64,000 nt of DNA. It comes from Sminthopsis crassicaudata (lineage: Eukaryota). Within the stretch, counting starts at the first letter, position 1. Each line of letters begins with the position of its first letter. The stretch is from positions 471,579,294 through 471,643,293 of the forward strand of contig NC_133618.1 of assembly GCF_048593235.1 (NCBI RefSeq), written 5' to 3'. The translations under genes and the position numbers were made by a program. Below the pieces are notes generated by a model, which saw only the letters and a list, made by a program, of their open reading frames with translations, was not told the origin of the DNA and ran no database searches. Below are positions 36,340-51,712 of this stretch, piece after piece.

Positions 36340-38428
36340 GGTGGCTATCTTTGGTGCTAACAGAATGTTCAGAGACTCTTCTGACTGCTGCAGCCTATTT
36401 CAAAAACATTCAACATTTGTTTTATACAAGTGTCTTACCTTACCTGGACAATATATCAAAAACTCTTTCCTTCTTCCCACTCCTCTCCAATATCTTTGGA
36501 TAATTAAGTCAGTGATAAGGAGACTAATGTTTTATTCACTTGTAGGTCAAAGAAGTTGAGAGTAAATTTAGAGTGAACACTAGATATGATGGATATTGAG
36601 GATATGTTTGTAGTTGTTGCCTATAAATGTGTGGTCACTTTTCCTCTCTTTCCCCACTCTTTTTTCCTCTTTAGGCTTAGTATGTCTGCTATATTCGTAG
36701 ACATTTACTCATAATTTTACAGACCTTTCTGCATACTATAGTCTCTTATTAGTAAACTTTTTTCATTGAGTAATATAACGGATGAAAACTAAAAGCTTAG
36801 AACCCTGTGAAATTCTTTCCCAAATACATGCCTGATTTTTTTCTGCTCTGCATTTTGACTCATGTCCCCATACATGAGCCTCACTGGAAAGAGAAGATCC
36901 CAAACTTTCCTTAACTCACCTGTAGAAGAAGATGCAGTCACAATGGAAAAGAGAGAATGGTTTTTCAGCAATGTTGAGAAGTCTGCTTTTCTCTCTGCAC
37001 AAAACTGTGAGTTTAGCTCCTTGTGTTTTCCTGATCCAGTATTTATATGTGATTTTTCTTCCCTAACCTGCCTGAAGGCTGTGTATCCTATCTTAAGATC
37101 TCGCTTGCTCTTGGTTTAATACTTGAGGCATTAGGAAGAAGTTGGGGAGAAAAATCAAACTTGCTTATCTTTGCCAAGCCTCAAGACATTTTAGATAAAA
37201 TTACTGATTTGATTATTGAGGGCAATTATGAAAATTTATAGGTAAATGGCCTAGGAAATCCAAAGAGAACCGGAGGTATAAACTCCTCTTGGAATCCAGG
37301 TCATGGAGGTAACTTTAAAAGTGCTTCTGTCCCAGAAGTTTGCATGCTTAGCTATGGACCCCCTAAGCAGTGACTGCCATGATTTCCCTCTTCTCCATTG
37401 ATTCATTTCAGTGCATGACTGAGAATTATACCCCTTTCTTTTGTGACAGACCAAGTGTAGTGGCTTTTATCTTAGGGATATTAGAAGGCCAGGAATGGAA
37501 ACAAAGATCTTCTGATTTCAGAAGGATCCCCATCCAGGGCAGGTAACCGTCATTTGGAGGTTCTTAGCCACTTTGAGTAATCCCTTTCATAAGAAAGATG
37601 CAATGGTATCCACATATGAAACTTGGTCTGTAGTAATTTCATTTCTTTCTTTGCTTTGCTATCACTGTTGTGAGAATGAGAAGCTGATGGAAATGCTAAG
37701 TATCTAAGTACATGAATGGTCTTTAAGGCCAGTTGGTCAGAGTTGAAAATGGCCCCTGTAGGGCTTGTGTGAGTTTCTTTTTAGGCAGTTGTCCACAGGG
37801 AACAGAATTACAGAATGGGGTTTCCCAACCATCCAGGTAGAGGGGCTTTGACATGTGGCATATATAATGCAGCGTCCCATTCAGTGAGGTGAAGGAAATT
37901 TGGTTCCTGCTAAACATTGCAAAATGAGGGTCCCCAGCAAGTTGAAGAGTATCCTCACCATGTGGGAGATAACCTGTGCTTCCTTCTATAAATGCCCATT
38001 ACAGACTACCTCCTTTGAACAGTTTCCTGATATTGTTTGATTCCCTCTGCTTTCCCAGCAATAAAGGCACTTCTTTTGAGAAATGAGTCCAGGCTCCTGG
38101 TAATATTTATAGAACAAACACACTTGGCATCTCTTTGCAAGGGCTGTGAAATGCTCTTTTGCATTTGAAAACTCTTGTTGCACCAGTTATAATGGGAGAG
38201 GTTGAAAATATCAATCCAGTGTCAGTCAAGATATAGGAATATCCAGTTGTAATGATTATGGGATTGTATTAACTTTCTGTGAGTAAGGCAGTGATGCCTG
38301 CTGAAACAGCTCAATCATTATCACCCTAAGCCATGATCTCCCACCTCCCAGAAGTTGCTTGTATTATAAATTTGCAGCAACATAGGAGGGGAGAAGGATG
38401 CTTGCAGAGAGTTTTGCATCTAGTTTCT

Positions 38429-39440
38429 TCTTTTTTAAAAAAATTAATTTAATTTATTTATTTTTGACAGTACATATGCATGGGTAATTTTTTTTTTTTT
38501 TTACAACATTAACCCTTGTATTTACTTTTCCAAATTTTCCCGTCCCTTCCTCTACTCCCTCCCCTAGATGACAGGCAATCCCATACATGTTAAATATGTT
38601 ACAGTATGTCCTAGATACAATATATGTGTGTAAAAATAAATTTCTTGTTGCACGATAAGAATTGGATTCCAAAGGTATAAGTAACCTGGGTAGAAAGACA
38701 ATAGTGCAAACAGTTTACACTCAATTCCCAGTGTTCCTTCTCTGGGTGTAGCTGTTTCTGTCCATCATTGATCAACTGGAACTGAATTAGATCTTCTCTA
38801 TGTTGAAGATACCCACTTCCCTTAGAATATATCTTCATACAATATCCTTGTTGAAGTGTATAGTGATCTCCTGGTTCTGCTCATTTTACACAGCATCAAT
38901 GTAAGTCTCTGCAGGCCTCTCTGTATTCCTCCTGCTGGTCATTTCTTACAGAACAATAATATTCCATAACGTTCATATACCATAATTTACCCAACCATTC
39001 TCCAATTGATGGGCATCCATTCATTTTCCAGTTACTATCCACTACAAAAAGGGCTGCCACAAACATTTTGGCACACACAGGTCCCTTTCCCTTCTTTAGT
39101 ATTTCTTTAGTATATAAGCCCAGTAGTAGCACTGCTGGATCAAAGGGTATGCACAGTTTGATAACTTTTTGGGCAGAGTTCCAAATTGCTCTCCACAATG
39201 GCCGGATTCTTTCACAACTCCACCAACAATGCATTAGTGTCCCAGTTTTCCCACATCCCCTCAACATTCATCATTATTTGTTCCTGTCATCTTAGCCAAT
39301 CTGACAGGTGTGTAGTGGTATCTCAGAGTTGTCTTAATTCGCATTTCTCTTGATTAGTAGTGATTTGGAACACTTTTCATATGAGTGGAAATAGTTGCAA
39401 TTTTATCATCTGAAAATTGTCTGTTCATATCCTTTGACCA
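38429..39440 (-). mobile_element. Same L1 fragment, unit 3
   Basis: ORF 38896..39267 and the same TSD. Confidence 0.95.
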
Positions 39441-39650
39441 TGCATCTAGTTTCTAAGAAACCTTACCTGAAAATGTCAGACTGCTTTTGGACAAAGTTCT
39501 GCCGGACAAGTTCACTTTCTGTATTCCAACCCTGCAAGAAAGTAGCAAAACTCTCAAAGTCCCCACTCCCCTCTGCCTACAGGAATTCATACCCTAGAGA
39601 AATGGTTCTGGTTACTTACAATGAGCCCTTTTCCTTTCACCTGGGATATT

Positions 39651-39881
39651 CACCCCACATGTATGGGATTGCCTGTCATCTAGGGGAGGGAGTAGAGGAA
39701 GGGACGGGAAAATTTGGAAAAGTAAATACAAGGGTTAATGTTGTAAAAAAAAAAAAAAATTACCCATGCATATGTACTGTCAAAAATAAATAAATTAAAT
39801 TAATTTTTTTAAAAAAGAAGAAACTAGATGCAAAACTCTCTGCAAGCATCCTTCTCCCCTCCTATGTTGCTGCAATTGTTG
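39651..39881 (-). other. Unit-3-specific inverted templated insertion
   Basis: 39657-39875 is the reverse complement of 38372-38590; replaces 10 bp (tttacagctc); 6 bp fillers cacccc and ttgttg. Confidence 0.95.
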
Positions 39882-42800
39882 CTCAGAAAGAGTTCTTGTG
39901 GACACAGTGGAGAGAGCAGTGGTCAGGGAGATCTGAGTTTTCATCTGGCCTCAGAAACACACTGTGTCTCTGATCTTGGGCAAGTCACTTAATGATTGCC
40001 TCAGTTTGTGAGAGAAGAGTATTTAGTTTACTGTGCACTCTAGATTGTGGAAACCAAAATTCAAGGTTTCCAGATAAGGTCATGGAGAAATCACAGGGAC
40101 AAAATTCCTACAAAAACTTTTAAGAGATGAATGTTGGCAATCTTTCAGTAATAAAATTATGAAGACAGAACCAGTAACAATTCTGCTGAGGAAGGAGACC
40201 TATCTTTAAAAGTCCAATGTAGGAGCAGCTACATAATATAATGGATAGAGTGCTGGCCCTGTCCTTAGGAGGATCTGCTTTCAAATTCAGCCTCAGATTC
40301 TTAATATTTTCTAGCTGTGTGACCCTGGGCAAGTCACTTAACACCACTTGCCTCAGGGAAAAAAAAAACAAACCAAAAAAAAGTGTGAATGTGAAGGAAC
40401 TCTACAGGCAATTTATATTTTTGAAAATTAATGCATAAAATATTGAAGAAAAGAGATAAATGAAGAGAAATACAAGTGAATACTGGTCTGTGAGATGTGT
40501 TTTGGGAACACTCAGAATATTAAGGACAATAAAAATGGTTGAATAAGGTGTGGTCTCACAGCTTCATGGGGATTCCCTTAATAATAATGGATAGAAAGCA
40601 GAATTACTAAGCTCTTTTTTTTTTTTTTTTTTTAATGAGAAGAAAAAGATGTATGAGTGGACAGAACAGAAGGCCTCAAGATTCTGGTCTATGCTTGAGA
40701 ATCAGTCAAAAACTGGGTTCATTCTCAAATGACACAGAAGGGGCAGACTCTCAAGGTACAAGAGCTGGGCATACACTGGCATGGGATGAGAATGGAGAAG
40801 CCTTCCCATGCCTATGGATTGTTGTTAGCAACACGTAAGTAGCATGGGCCCTGAGAAGTGCTGTGGGCCATTGCTTTGGGTCTCCTATGTAGACTGTTGT
40901 GGTGGGGGAGATGCTCTGAATTGTGCACCCTGGGCTTTAGTTCATTAACATATCCATATCACCTCAACAACAACTTTGGGTGTCTGGAGCTCATGGGAGG
41001 CTCAGAAACCATCCACAATTCTCAGGCTCCAAAGCTTAGACTCAGTCTAACTGTCTTCTCTGGGTTTAGTTCATGTCTCAGGAGCTGTTTTTAGACAATT
41101 ATGAGACAGTTAGTTAGTATATTTTATCATGTTCTTTTGATATATGGGGCAGCCTATCATGACTTCCAGGTTCCCCTTTGCAATCTTACTTCCTGCTTTT
41201 GTGTACTGCCCCCTTATAAATTAATTATTCTAACTAGAAGTGTGAGGAAAATGTTCAAAGGGACTGAAACAAAATACAATTTTTTTTTTTTTATGGCTGG
41301 ATGGCAGTTTATTAAAAAGAGATCTTGCACTTGGAGTTGTTCAACATTCATCATTCATGTGAAATCACAGACAATCAGCTTATTAAATCTTGTTAGAAGA
41401 TGAGCCTTGAACTCAGGAAGACACATGTTACCTGTTTAACTCTGGGCAAGTGACTAAAACTCTCAGTAGCTCTAAATTTCTTTTTTTTTTTTTTTTTATT
41501 AATAGTTTTTATTTACCAGATATATGCATGGGTAATTTTACAACATTGACAAATGCCAAACCTTTTGGTCTACAAAATACAATTTTAATGTAGCTGTGAT
41601 CTAACTGGAATCCTTTTTAATGCTGGGGCAGGAGTTTTGCCATTTCTTTCTTAACCTTATCATATATTGGATGCATTATCTTTCTTTTTTTCCTGGACTT
41701 GAGAATTCAGGAAAGTGTGAAGCACCTGGTGAGGAACTCCCTCTACTAATTGAGTGATATCTCAGTCACTTAGGTAGAGAGAGTAGTCTGAGGCAGGTGA
41801 CTTGCCCTGTGGGCCTAGAAGTCCACACAAACACATTTGCCAGGAGGAAGCCTTGATTCAAAGTTGCCCAGAGGAAACTTCTGTCAGTTGCAACATGCTG
41901 CTTCCTATAGGACAATGGCTGTTAATCATGATATTTCCCAAGAGCACTAATTGTGGTAAAACTGATAGGAGGAAACATTCCAACTTAATTTTATGTAGGA
42001 TGCTCATTATTTTAGTCAGTTTTTAGTGTGGATCCAGTTGGAGTGGTATTTCAAGAGAAATGTAAGATCTTTATAGCTCAAGAGTACATGCCTACCTCTC
42101 TAAATTGGACTTTTCTCATTTAGCTATTTAGTACAGAGGCAGAGATGACATTTGTTTATAAACCTAGTGGAAACTTACTGAAATGACATCAGAGTTGTAG
42201 CACTACTTTTCTTTTTAAACCAATTAAAGCTTTTCTTTTTAAACCAATTATCTGTCTGTCACCAAGCACATACTAGATGCTAAATAAATATCAAATGATC
42301 TGTGTGGACTCATGATTATTATAAGAAAGGATTAAAAATATTATGCAGACTTTACTATTACTTAATTTGCTATAGTGATGAGAGAGACAGATTCTTGTAA
42401 TGTGGTAAATGTCATTTGTGTGAGAGAGACTGAGGTGCAAATCAGTGGCAAAAGAAATATTGTCTTCTTGGAGGAGACTAGGAAGCAGGGACCTGAAAGA
42501 AAGTGGCTGGTTGACATATAGAGGATAGCTGGTACTTGCATGTGGGTAATACCCAATTATGGAATACGAATCTTCCTTTCTTCAAACAAAGTTGTATTGG
42601 AGTACTGTTAATCAGTTCAGATCCCAGTAATGCTAATCTTCTGGCTTCCATTTAGTAACACTGAGAATGTTGTGGTCATCTCTTGGCTAAGATACTCTAA
42701 TAAACAATGAAGCTCAGTATATCTATACTGCTTTCTCATTCAGAAAAATTTTCAGGATTTTCATATGCTGGATATCAAGCCTTCTAGCTGGAACTCAGGG

Positions 42801-43225
42801 AAAAAAGAAAACCCCCATTGCTGTTAAAATAATATGTTGTAGGGACAGCTGAGTCGTATAGTAGTTGATGCACTGGCTCTGGAGTGAAAAGGACCTGAGT
42901 TCAAATGTAGCCTTAGACACTTAATACTTCCTAGTTGTGTGACCCTGGGCTACTCACTTAACCCCAATCACCTCACCCCAAAAATAGAACAAAAAAATAA
43001 AAAATAAAATATTTGCTTTATTACACAGAATGCTAGCATAGCTCATATCTGGATCCACATTGGTAGCAAACCAAGAAGAAGCAGGTGTGAAAGTCTTTTG
43101 TTAGGCTGACAAAACTTGGTCTCAGATCTTGGAGTCTTATCTCACTGCTGCTGACTGCTAACAGAAGAGGATTTCTTCTTCTATGGGCCCAGAACACAGA
43201 TCCAGGGAACGATCTCTCCATCCGC

Positions 43226-46200
43226 TTACAGAAGAGGATAGACGGAATCAGAAGCAATACCACAGTGGTTGTTCCCGGTCCTTGCAATACGCATGTAGCC
43301 ATTTTCACCCCAGGCCTCACCAAAGCTGAAAGCAAAGAGAACTGAATTATTACCTGGGCAGCTATTAAGAGAATCCACCTTGCAAATGAAAGTGTATGTT
43401 TTGTACTTTGTCTTCATTTCTGAGAGTATAATGACAGTGAGCCTAAGGCATCCACAGAAAAAACAGGATTTGGATATCCTGAGCCACATGGCTATTGGAA
43501 TATTGGCTCAATCCCCAAATGCAACTGAGGTAGGTGAAAGAGGAATTTGTTGTCAAGGCTCAGAAGGAATCAATGCCAGATTGTGAAACACAGCAAGTGG
43601 TAAAAAGCCGGCTCTGTTAAAGAGCTAAGACACTCTGCTTTTCATGGACCAAGTGGAGAAAACAAATCCCAGTGGATGTCCAGGTTCTTAAATCTAGGTA
43701 AACTCCACTGAATACAAGAGTCCTCAAAGCTCTTCCCTCCTTCACAAGGCAGTTCTACAGCTTTGTCATGTTCCTCCTTCCATACCTATTTTTAATAATC
43801 CAATATTTCCTGCCTCCAAATTGGCCTTGGCCATTTAACTTATCTAAAATACAATAGTTTTCTTCTGATTGAATAAACTTATTAATGGATTCTTCTTCTC
43901 CATATCCAACCAACACGACAGCATGGTTCAAATAATTCGGGTCACAACGTGGTTCAGTGAAGAGTCCTAGAGAAGGAAAGAAAAGAGCACTTTGGGTGAG
44001 TTTGGTGGCTTATTGGAAAGGGGACAGGGCTTGTGTTAGGAGGTCCTAAGTGCAAAGAGATCCTTCCTAGCTGTGAGATGTTGGTCAAGTCACTTGTTTC
44101 TGTTTGCCTAAGTTCCCTCTTTTTAATATGGGAATGATACTAGTATTCATCTTCCTGAGATTTTGGAAGAATGAAATGGAAGATAATTCTTATAGAGAGC
44201 ACTTAGCATAGCCCCTGAGATCCATTCAACCTTGTATTATTTATTTAGCTCAATCTTCCACAGTTGAGCCTTTTCTTTTTGGACACCATATCTGACTGAC
44301 ACCAAGTCTGTCTGATGGCTCACCTCCTCGATAGAAACGGAAGGAGTATGTGGCATGCATCGCCACGGACAATGGCCCCACGGTTGCCACAGCTTCCATC
44401 AGGGCTTTTTCATCTCCAGGGGGGAGCTTTTTATAACCTCTCATTGTAAGATGTGGACATCTAGATGTGGAGTAGCACCACTCATTTTTCTGAAAGAGAT
44501 AATCACATGGAGGAAGTCAGCAAAGGTTGGGGATGAACAGATGAACATCATTTCCAGGAATCTGAGGAAAGCTCAAGTATCTAATGACATTTTTACAGAG
44601 AGATGGACCCAGCTGGGCTTTCTTTCTTTCTTTTTTTTTTTTTTAATTTTTATTTTATTTTATAATTATAACATTTTTTTGACAGTACATATGCATGGGT
44701 AATTTTTTACAACATTATCCCTTACACTTACTTCTATTCAGATTTTTTCCCTTCCTTCCCCAACCCCCTCCCCCAGATGGCAAGCAGTCTTATATATGTT
44801 AAATATATTACAGTATATGGGCTTGCTTTCTTAACCAGCAGGTTTGTGTCTCGATAGGGGGCCCTGGAAGATGTGGCATCCAACCCTTGGTGTGCAAAGG
44901 GTAAAAGCGTAAAGGTTGCCATTCTTTCAGAGTGGTGAGGACTTCCACCACATGCTGAGCCCTCCCATAATACAGAGGAGGAGAAGAGATCTCAAACCCC
45001 ACTTTTATTCACACTAGAAGCTTGCCAAGTCAGCAGACAGCATGGAAGCCTAAGGGTTTCTGGCTGTTGTACCCTTGGGGAAAAGGCATTTTAAGGCAAT
45101 CCATATATTAGAGGGACTTCCAAATGCCTGGTTTGTTCACTGCAAACTTGCATGCATTTTATGAAAAAGAAAGGCATAGTCACTGTCTTAGTCAAATTTT
45201 CTGCTGGTTTCTCTGATGGTTGTTGCCATTGTTGCCGTTAGGTGCTACATGAACATGCTTAAATTATAGAAAATGTCCCTTCCTTCAGTGCAGCTCCCTT
45301 GCTCATTGGGACATCAGCTCTCCGAGGTCATGGTCCTCTTGGACATGGAAGGACAAACAAGCTCATCCCTTCCACAAACCTTTTCTTGGTTTCAGGAGCA
45401 AGTGGTTTCCCTTGGCCTTATGCCCAAGGAGCCAGCTGGATTTGCCTTTACCCAGCCTTGACCAGAGGGGCCAGCCCCGTGTCCAGGACAGAAGGTTTCC
45501 TCATGTACCTGGTTCTGGTATGGGTAGCAGAACTCAGTGGTAAGGCCTCCCTGTTCTATGAGGTAATCGTAGGCCGCGGTGACGAATCCCCCAACACAGC
45601 TACTTCCTGCTGTACAGTCTACTAGCTGCTGTTTGCTCAGTTGCACATTTTTGCCTGTTGTGCGGAAGAGCTGGCCTTCCAGAGCTCCAGCTGCTGAGAA
45701 GGCCCAGCAGGAGCCACAGGTACCCTGAAAGAAGAGATAGCATTCACTGAGCCTTGTGCTTAAGCTCCTGAGGGGCTCAGTGAGTGCAAGCCTCTGACCA
45801 TGACAGGAGAGGTCTCCATTGGTTGCTAGACAAAAGAATCAGGGAGAAGCACTTAACATTCTGGTAAGAGTTCTGGTTTTCTGTCCCCTGAGAAGGACTT
45901 TGGGACTTCTGCTCCATGGCTCATCACTTAGTGGGAAGGAGACATGGCCAGGATCGGGGCCCGTGCCAAGTCCCTTGAAGTCTCCCTATTTTCTGGCCCA
46001 GTTTCTTGCAGGTTTAAAGGTGGCAGCTCTGAATGGAAATATGCTCAATAAAGCAGAGTTCAAGAAGAAACCCTGGAAGGGGGGAAATACCTGTTGTACC
46101 ACGGGTGTTAAAAAGCCACGCTTCCTCCAGTCTACTGATCTGGGAATGTCACCTAAAGGTGAGTTACAGTGGGTTTTGCCATTTTTTCCTGTCCTCGGTG

Positions 46201-48611
46201 TCATGGGCCGGCTCATCATGAGGTTGAATTCCTCATCAGTCTGAAAGAATGAAACAATTGCACAGAATGGGTGTCCTTTTTTCAGAGAAAGATAATTGGG
46301 GGGATGACCCATCTCCCCTGAACCCCCTGGCCAATACTGGCTGCATCTTCCCTCATTCTTCCCAACTCATTGGCTGGGGCACAGGAGTTGGAATACTTTT
46401 GACGCCCCAGTTTTTTTCTCTATTTTTCTTCCCATGTTATGGGCCAGCACTCTGAAACAAGGATTCTTAGAAGATGTTAAGGCAGTGGAATTGATGAGTC
46501 AATGGTTGTCTAGTTTAGCATGGTGATTAATAGTTCTCCAAGTTCAGCATGATTGATTTAATCTTATAACAAATAATGGTTTCTTAGTGATATAATAATT
46601 GGTTTATACTCAGTGCAGAGAATATAAGCTGAGCCAAACTTAGCCAAAGGAGGCAGAGACAGATTCGTTCCATTATTCAAGTTTGTATTGGCTGGAGGCT
46701 GAAGCACAAAAACTTGGGAGTCAGACTCACTTCATCTCACATCACCTTAGTAGCCTATATTCCTGCATTTCCTCCACTGGGACCAAGCTAGCATGGCCCC
46801 AGGCAAAGAGACAATAAAGATTTTGGACTTTAAAACCTGGCTATTCTTTTGGTAAATACCAAAATACTCTACTGAAAAGAAGGCTGCTTGAAGACCTCCA
46901 AGACATGGGAAAGAGAACACTACATTCTTCCTCCATTGGGGAACTTCTCTTCCTTTGAGGCTGCTGCTATTCACAGCTACCATCCACTGAAAATGCTGGT
47001 AATTTTTTTATGTACAAACTATACCTCTAAATCATTCTGCTTCATTCTGTGATCAGTTTGATACCTGGCTTACAGTTTGACTCCCCTCTACAACTGCTGC
47101 CCCAACTAAGGGACTTCTATGTCCTTATGGAGGTTTCCTCCAATTCCTTAATCACTCACTTCCTCCACCTCCTCCCCTTTTATGAGGTGCTCCTCCATTG
47201 ATATCAGTCTCACACTAAGATGATCATATCCTCAGTTTTGCCATCTCCCACCCCTGAGCCCTTTTATGTTTCAGAATTCTTAAAACCAATTATACAACCA
47301 TCATCCAAAGTCTTCTGTCCTGTCCTTCTGGGTTCTCTTACATAACCCTATTCTTCATCCTTAGCATGACCTCCAATCCTTTAACACCTCAGTTCTCTTC
47401 CAGGTTACCTTCTCTGGGGGCCTTCCCCATTACAGTGGAAGTTTTTGAAGGCAGGGCCTATCTTATTGTCTCTTTGTTACCCTAGGTAATTTAGTGAGCT
47501 AAAAGCACACTGCCTGGCACATAATAGATGCGTGATAAAAATGTATTGAATTAATGAATTTATCACACTTACCTTGTCCCCAAAAGCATTCATTTCTAGG
47601 TAGTAACTCTGATTCCCCACATTATACTGGTGATTGTGCTCCTTAATCAACTTCAAGTTCTGCTCCCATATTTTTCTCCTAAAAGGATCCTCTTCCTATG
47701 AGAAAATTGAGAACCAAAGAGGTAATGGTAATAGAGAGATGGCCATGAGTTCTCTGCCTTAGAGTTGCAAGTTTACTGTCATATTTCCATGACTTTCAAA
47801 GCATGGGTATTTACCACTGGGAACATAAATTGTCTCTTCAACAACAAGTTAAAATTTAGTCACTTTCCATTTCCTTCCCTTTCCTGCAATATACAATTCT
47901 GTGATGTGGAATTAGCTACCTTAAATGAGGAAGTACCTCAGGGGTTGATTTAATCCAATCCATACCTAAATAGTCTTCTCTAAAATCTTTTTTTACCTCT
48001 GGATGGTACTCGATCGATCCATTTAATACATTCAAGCCACTTTGCAATAACATCCATTGCTAGGTAATTTCTCCTTATTATGATCTCAGATCTATTCATT
48101 CCAAGCAGTTTTCTAAAGTTTACATTGTAGAAAAAAGTAACTAAGCTGAATAAACTTTATTGCCTTCCTATAAGTGCATGTACTAGAAGTCACCCATGGT
48201 AGTTATAACTGTAATTCTTTTGACTTTCAGTTTCCAAGTAACTTCAACTAAACAGCATTTGTTAGTGTTTCAATTTTCTCATCTTTGTTGTAGCCATCTC
48301 ATGGCCAAATTTCCTTTTTGTCCAGGTGATTTCTCCTATTGGTTGCCAAAAAACTGAACTCAGTGCTGCAAAGAGAGGTCTCAGTAGGGTAGAGTTCAGA
48401 GGAACTATCCCCTCCCTTGGATCTTTGAGGTATGCACATTTCCATGTATTACATACAGATTCTCACAAAATAGATGAACACTTACCTTAGTATAATTCCT
48501 CCCATAGGTGGACTTAAACAGTTCCCATTCTGTGTCCAGCTTTGTGTTTCTTGTTGGAAGACAATATGAAAGTCCCAAGAAAAGGGAAACAAGACAAAAG
48601 AATAGTCTCAT
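43226..48611 (-). CDS. Cathepsin L/S/K-like preproprotease, copy C
   Basis: Exons 48611-48486, 47695-47573, 46240-46091, 45724-45509, 44489-44324, 43966-43786, 43325-43226; no coding difference seen. Confidence 0.95.
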
Positions 48612-50700
48612 GGTGGCTATCTTTGGTGCTAACAGAATGTTCAGAGACTCTTCTGACTGCTGCAGCCTATTTCAAAAACATTCAACATTTGTTTTATACA
48701 AGTGTCTTACCTTACCTGGACAATATATCAAAAACTCTTTCCTTCTTCCCACTCCTCTCCAATATCTTTGGATAATTAAGTCAGTGATAAGGAGACTAAT
48801 GTTTTATTCACTTGTAGGTCAAAGAAGTTGAGAGTAAATTTAGAGTGAACACTAGATATGATGGATATTGAGGATATGTTTGTAGTTGTTGCCTATAAAT
48901 GTGTGGTCACTTTTCCTCTCTTTCCCCACTCTTTTTTCCTCTTTAGGCTTAGTATGTCTGCTATATTCGTAGACATTTACTCATAATTTTACAGACCTTT
49001 CTGCATACTATAGTCTCTTATTAGTAAACTTTTTTCATTGAGTAATATAACGGATGAAAACTAAAAGCTTAGAACCCTGTGAAATTCTTTCCCAAATACA
49101 TGCCTGATTTTTTTCTGCTCTGCATTTTGACTCATGTCCCCATACATGAGCCTCACTGGAAAGAGAAGATCCCAAACTTTCCTTAACTCACCTGTAGAAG
49201 AAGATGCAGTCACAATGGAAAAGAGAGAATGGTTTTTCAGCAATGTTGAGAAGTCTGCTTTTCTCTCTGCACAAAACTGTGAGTTTAGCTCCTTGTGTTT
49301 TCCTGATCCAGTATTTATATGTGATTTTTCTTCCCTAACCTGCCTGAAGGCTGTGTATCCTATCTTAAGATCTCGCTTGCTCTTGGTTTAATACTTGAGG
49401 CATTAGGAAGAAGTTGGGGAGAAAAATCAAACTTGCTTATCTTTGCCAAGCCTCAAGACATTTTAGATAAAATTACTGATTTGATTATTGAGGGCAATTA
49501 TGAAAATTTATAGGTAAATGGCCTAGGAAATCCAAAGAGAACCGGAGGTATAAACTCCTCTTGGAATCCAGGTCATGGAGGTAACTTTAAAAGTGCTTCT
49601 GTCCCAGAAGTTTGCATGCTTAGCTATGGACCCCCTAAGCAGTGACTGCCATGATTTCCCTCTTCTCCATTGATTCATTTCAGTGCATGACTGAGAATTA
49701 TACCCCTTTCTTTTGTGACAGACCAAGTGTAGTGGCTTTTATCTTAGGGATATTAGAAGGCCAGGAATGGAAACAAAGATCTTCTGATTTCAGAAGGATC
49801 CCCATCCAGGGCAGGTAACCATCATTTGGAGGTTCTTAGCCACTTTGAGTAATCCCTTTCATAAGAAAGATGCAATGGTATCCACATATGAAACTTGGTC
49901 TGTAGTAATTTCATTTCTTTCTTTGCTTTGCTATCACTGTTGTGAGAATGAGAAGCTGATGGAAATGCTAAGTATCTAAGTACATGAATGGTCTTTAAGG
50001 CCAGTTGGTCAGAGTTGAAAATGGCCCCTGTAGGGCTTGTGTGAGTTTCTTTTTAGGCAGTTGTCCACAGGGAACAGAATTACAGAATGGGGTTTCCCAA
50101 CCATCCAGGTAGAGGGGCTTTGACATGTGGCATATATAATGCAGCGTCCCATTCAGTGAGGTGAAGGAAATTTGGTTCCTGCTAAACATTGCAAAATGAG
50201 GGTCCCCAGCAAGTTGAAGAGTATCCTCACCATGTGGGAGATAACCTGTGCTTCCTTCTATAAATGCCCATTACAGACTACCTCCTTTGAACAGTTTCCT
50301 GATATTGTTTGATTCCCTCTGCTTTCCCAGCAATAAAGGCACTTCTTTTGAGAAATGAGTCCAGGCTCCTGGTAATATTTATAGAACAAACACACTTGGC
50401 ATCTCTTTGCAAGGGCTGTGAAATGCTCTTTTGCATTTGAAAACTCTTGTTGCACCAGTTATAATGGGAGAGGTTGAAAATATCAATCCAGTGTCAGTCA
50501 AGATATAGGAATATCCAGTTGTAATGATTATGGGATTGTATTAACTTTCTGTGAGTAAGGCAGTGATGCCTGCTGAAACAGCTCAATCATTATCACCCTA
50601 AGCCATGATCTCCCACCTCCCAGAAGTTGCTTGTATTATAAATTTGCAGCAACATAGGAGGGGAGAAGGATGCTTGCAGAGAGTTTTGCATCTAGTTTCT

Positions 50701-51712
50701 TCTTTTTTAAAAAAATTAATTTAATTTATTTATTTTTGACAGTACATATGCATGGGTAATTTTTTTTTTTTTTTACAACATTAACCCTTGTATTTACTTT
50801 TCCAAATTTTCCCGTCCCTTCCTCTACTCCCTCCCCTAGATGACAGGCAATCCCATACATGTTAAATATGTTACAGTATGTCCTAGATACAATATATGTG
50901 TGTAAAAATAAATTTCTTGTTGCACGATAAGAATTGGATTCCAAAGGTATAAGTAACCTGGGTAGAAAGACAATAGTGCAAACAGTTTACACTCAATTCC
51001 CAGTGTTCCTTCTCTGGGTGTAGCTGTTTCTGTCCATCATTGATCAACTGGAACTGAATTAGATCTTCTCTATGTTGAAGATACCCACTTCCCTTAGAAT
51101 ATATCTTCATACAATATCCTTGTTGAAGTGTATAGTGATCTCCTGGTTCTGCTCATTTTACACAGCATCAATGTAAGTCTCTGCAGGCCTCTCTGTATTC
51201 CTCCTGCTGGTCATTTCTTACAGAACAATAATATTCCATAACGTTCATATACCATAATTTACCCAACCATTCTCCAATTGATGGGCATCCATTCATTTTC
51301 CAGTTACTATCCACTACAAAAAGGGCTGCCACAAACATTTTGGCACACACAGGTCCCTTTCCCTTCTTTAGTATTTCTTTAGTATATAAGCCCAGTAGTA
51401 GCACTGCTGGATCAAAGGGTATGCACAGTTTGATAACTTTTTGGGCAGAGTTCCAAATTGCTCTCCACAATGGCCGGATTCTTTCACAACTCCACCAACA
51501 ATGCATTAGTGTCCCAGTTTTCCCACATCCCCTCAACATTCATCATTATTTGTTCCTGTCATCTTAGCCAATCTGACAGGTGTGTAGTGGTATCTCAGAG
51601 TTGTCTTAATTCGCATTTCTCTTGATTAGTAGTGATTTGGAACACTTTTCATATGAGTGGAAATAGTTGCAATTTTATCATCTGAAAATTGTCTGTTCAT
51701 ATCCTTTGACCA
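50701..51712 (-). mobile_element. Same L1 fragment, unit 4
   Basis: ORF 51168..51539 and the same TSD. Confidence 0.95.

Noticed and set aside
39395-39793. 132-aa ORF unique to unit 3
   Set aside because: By-product of the inverted insertion joining flank DNA to L1 3'UTR sequence; no coding features.
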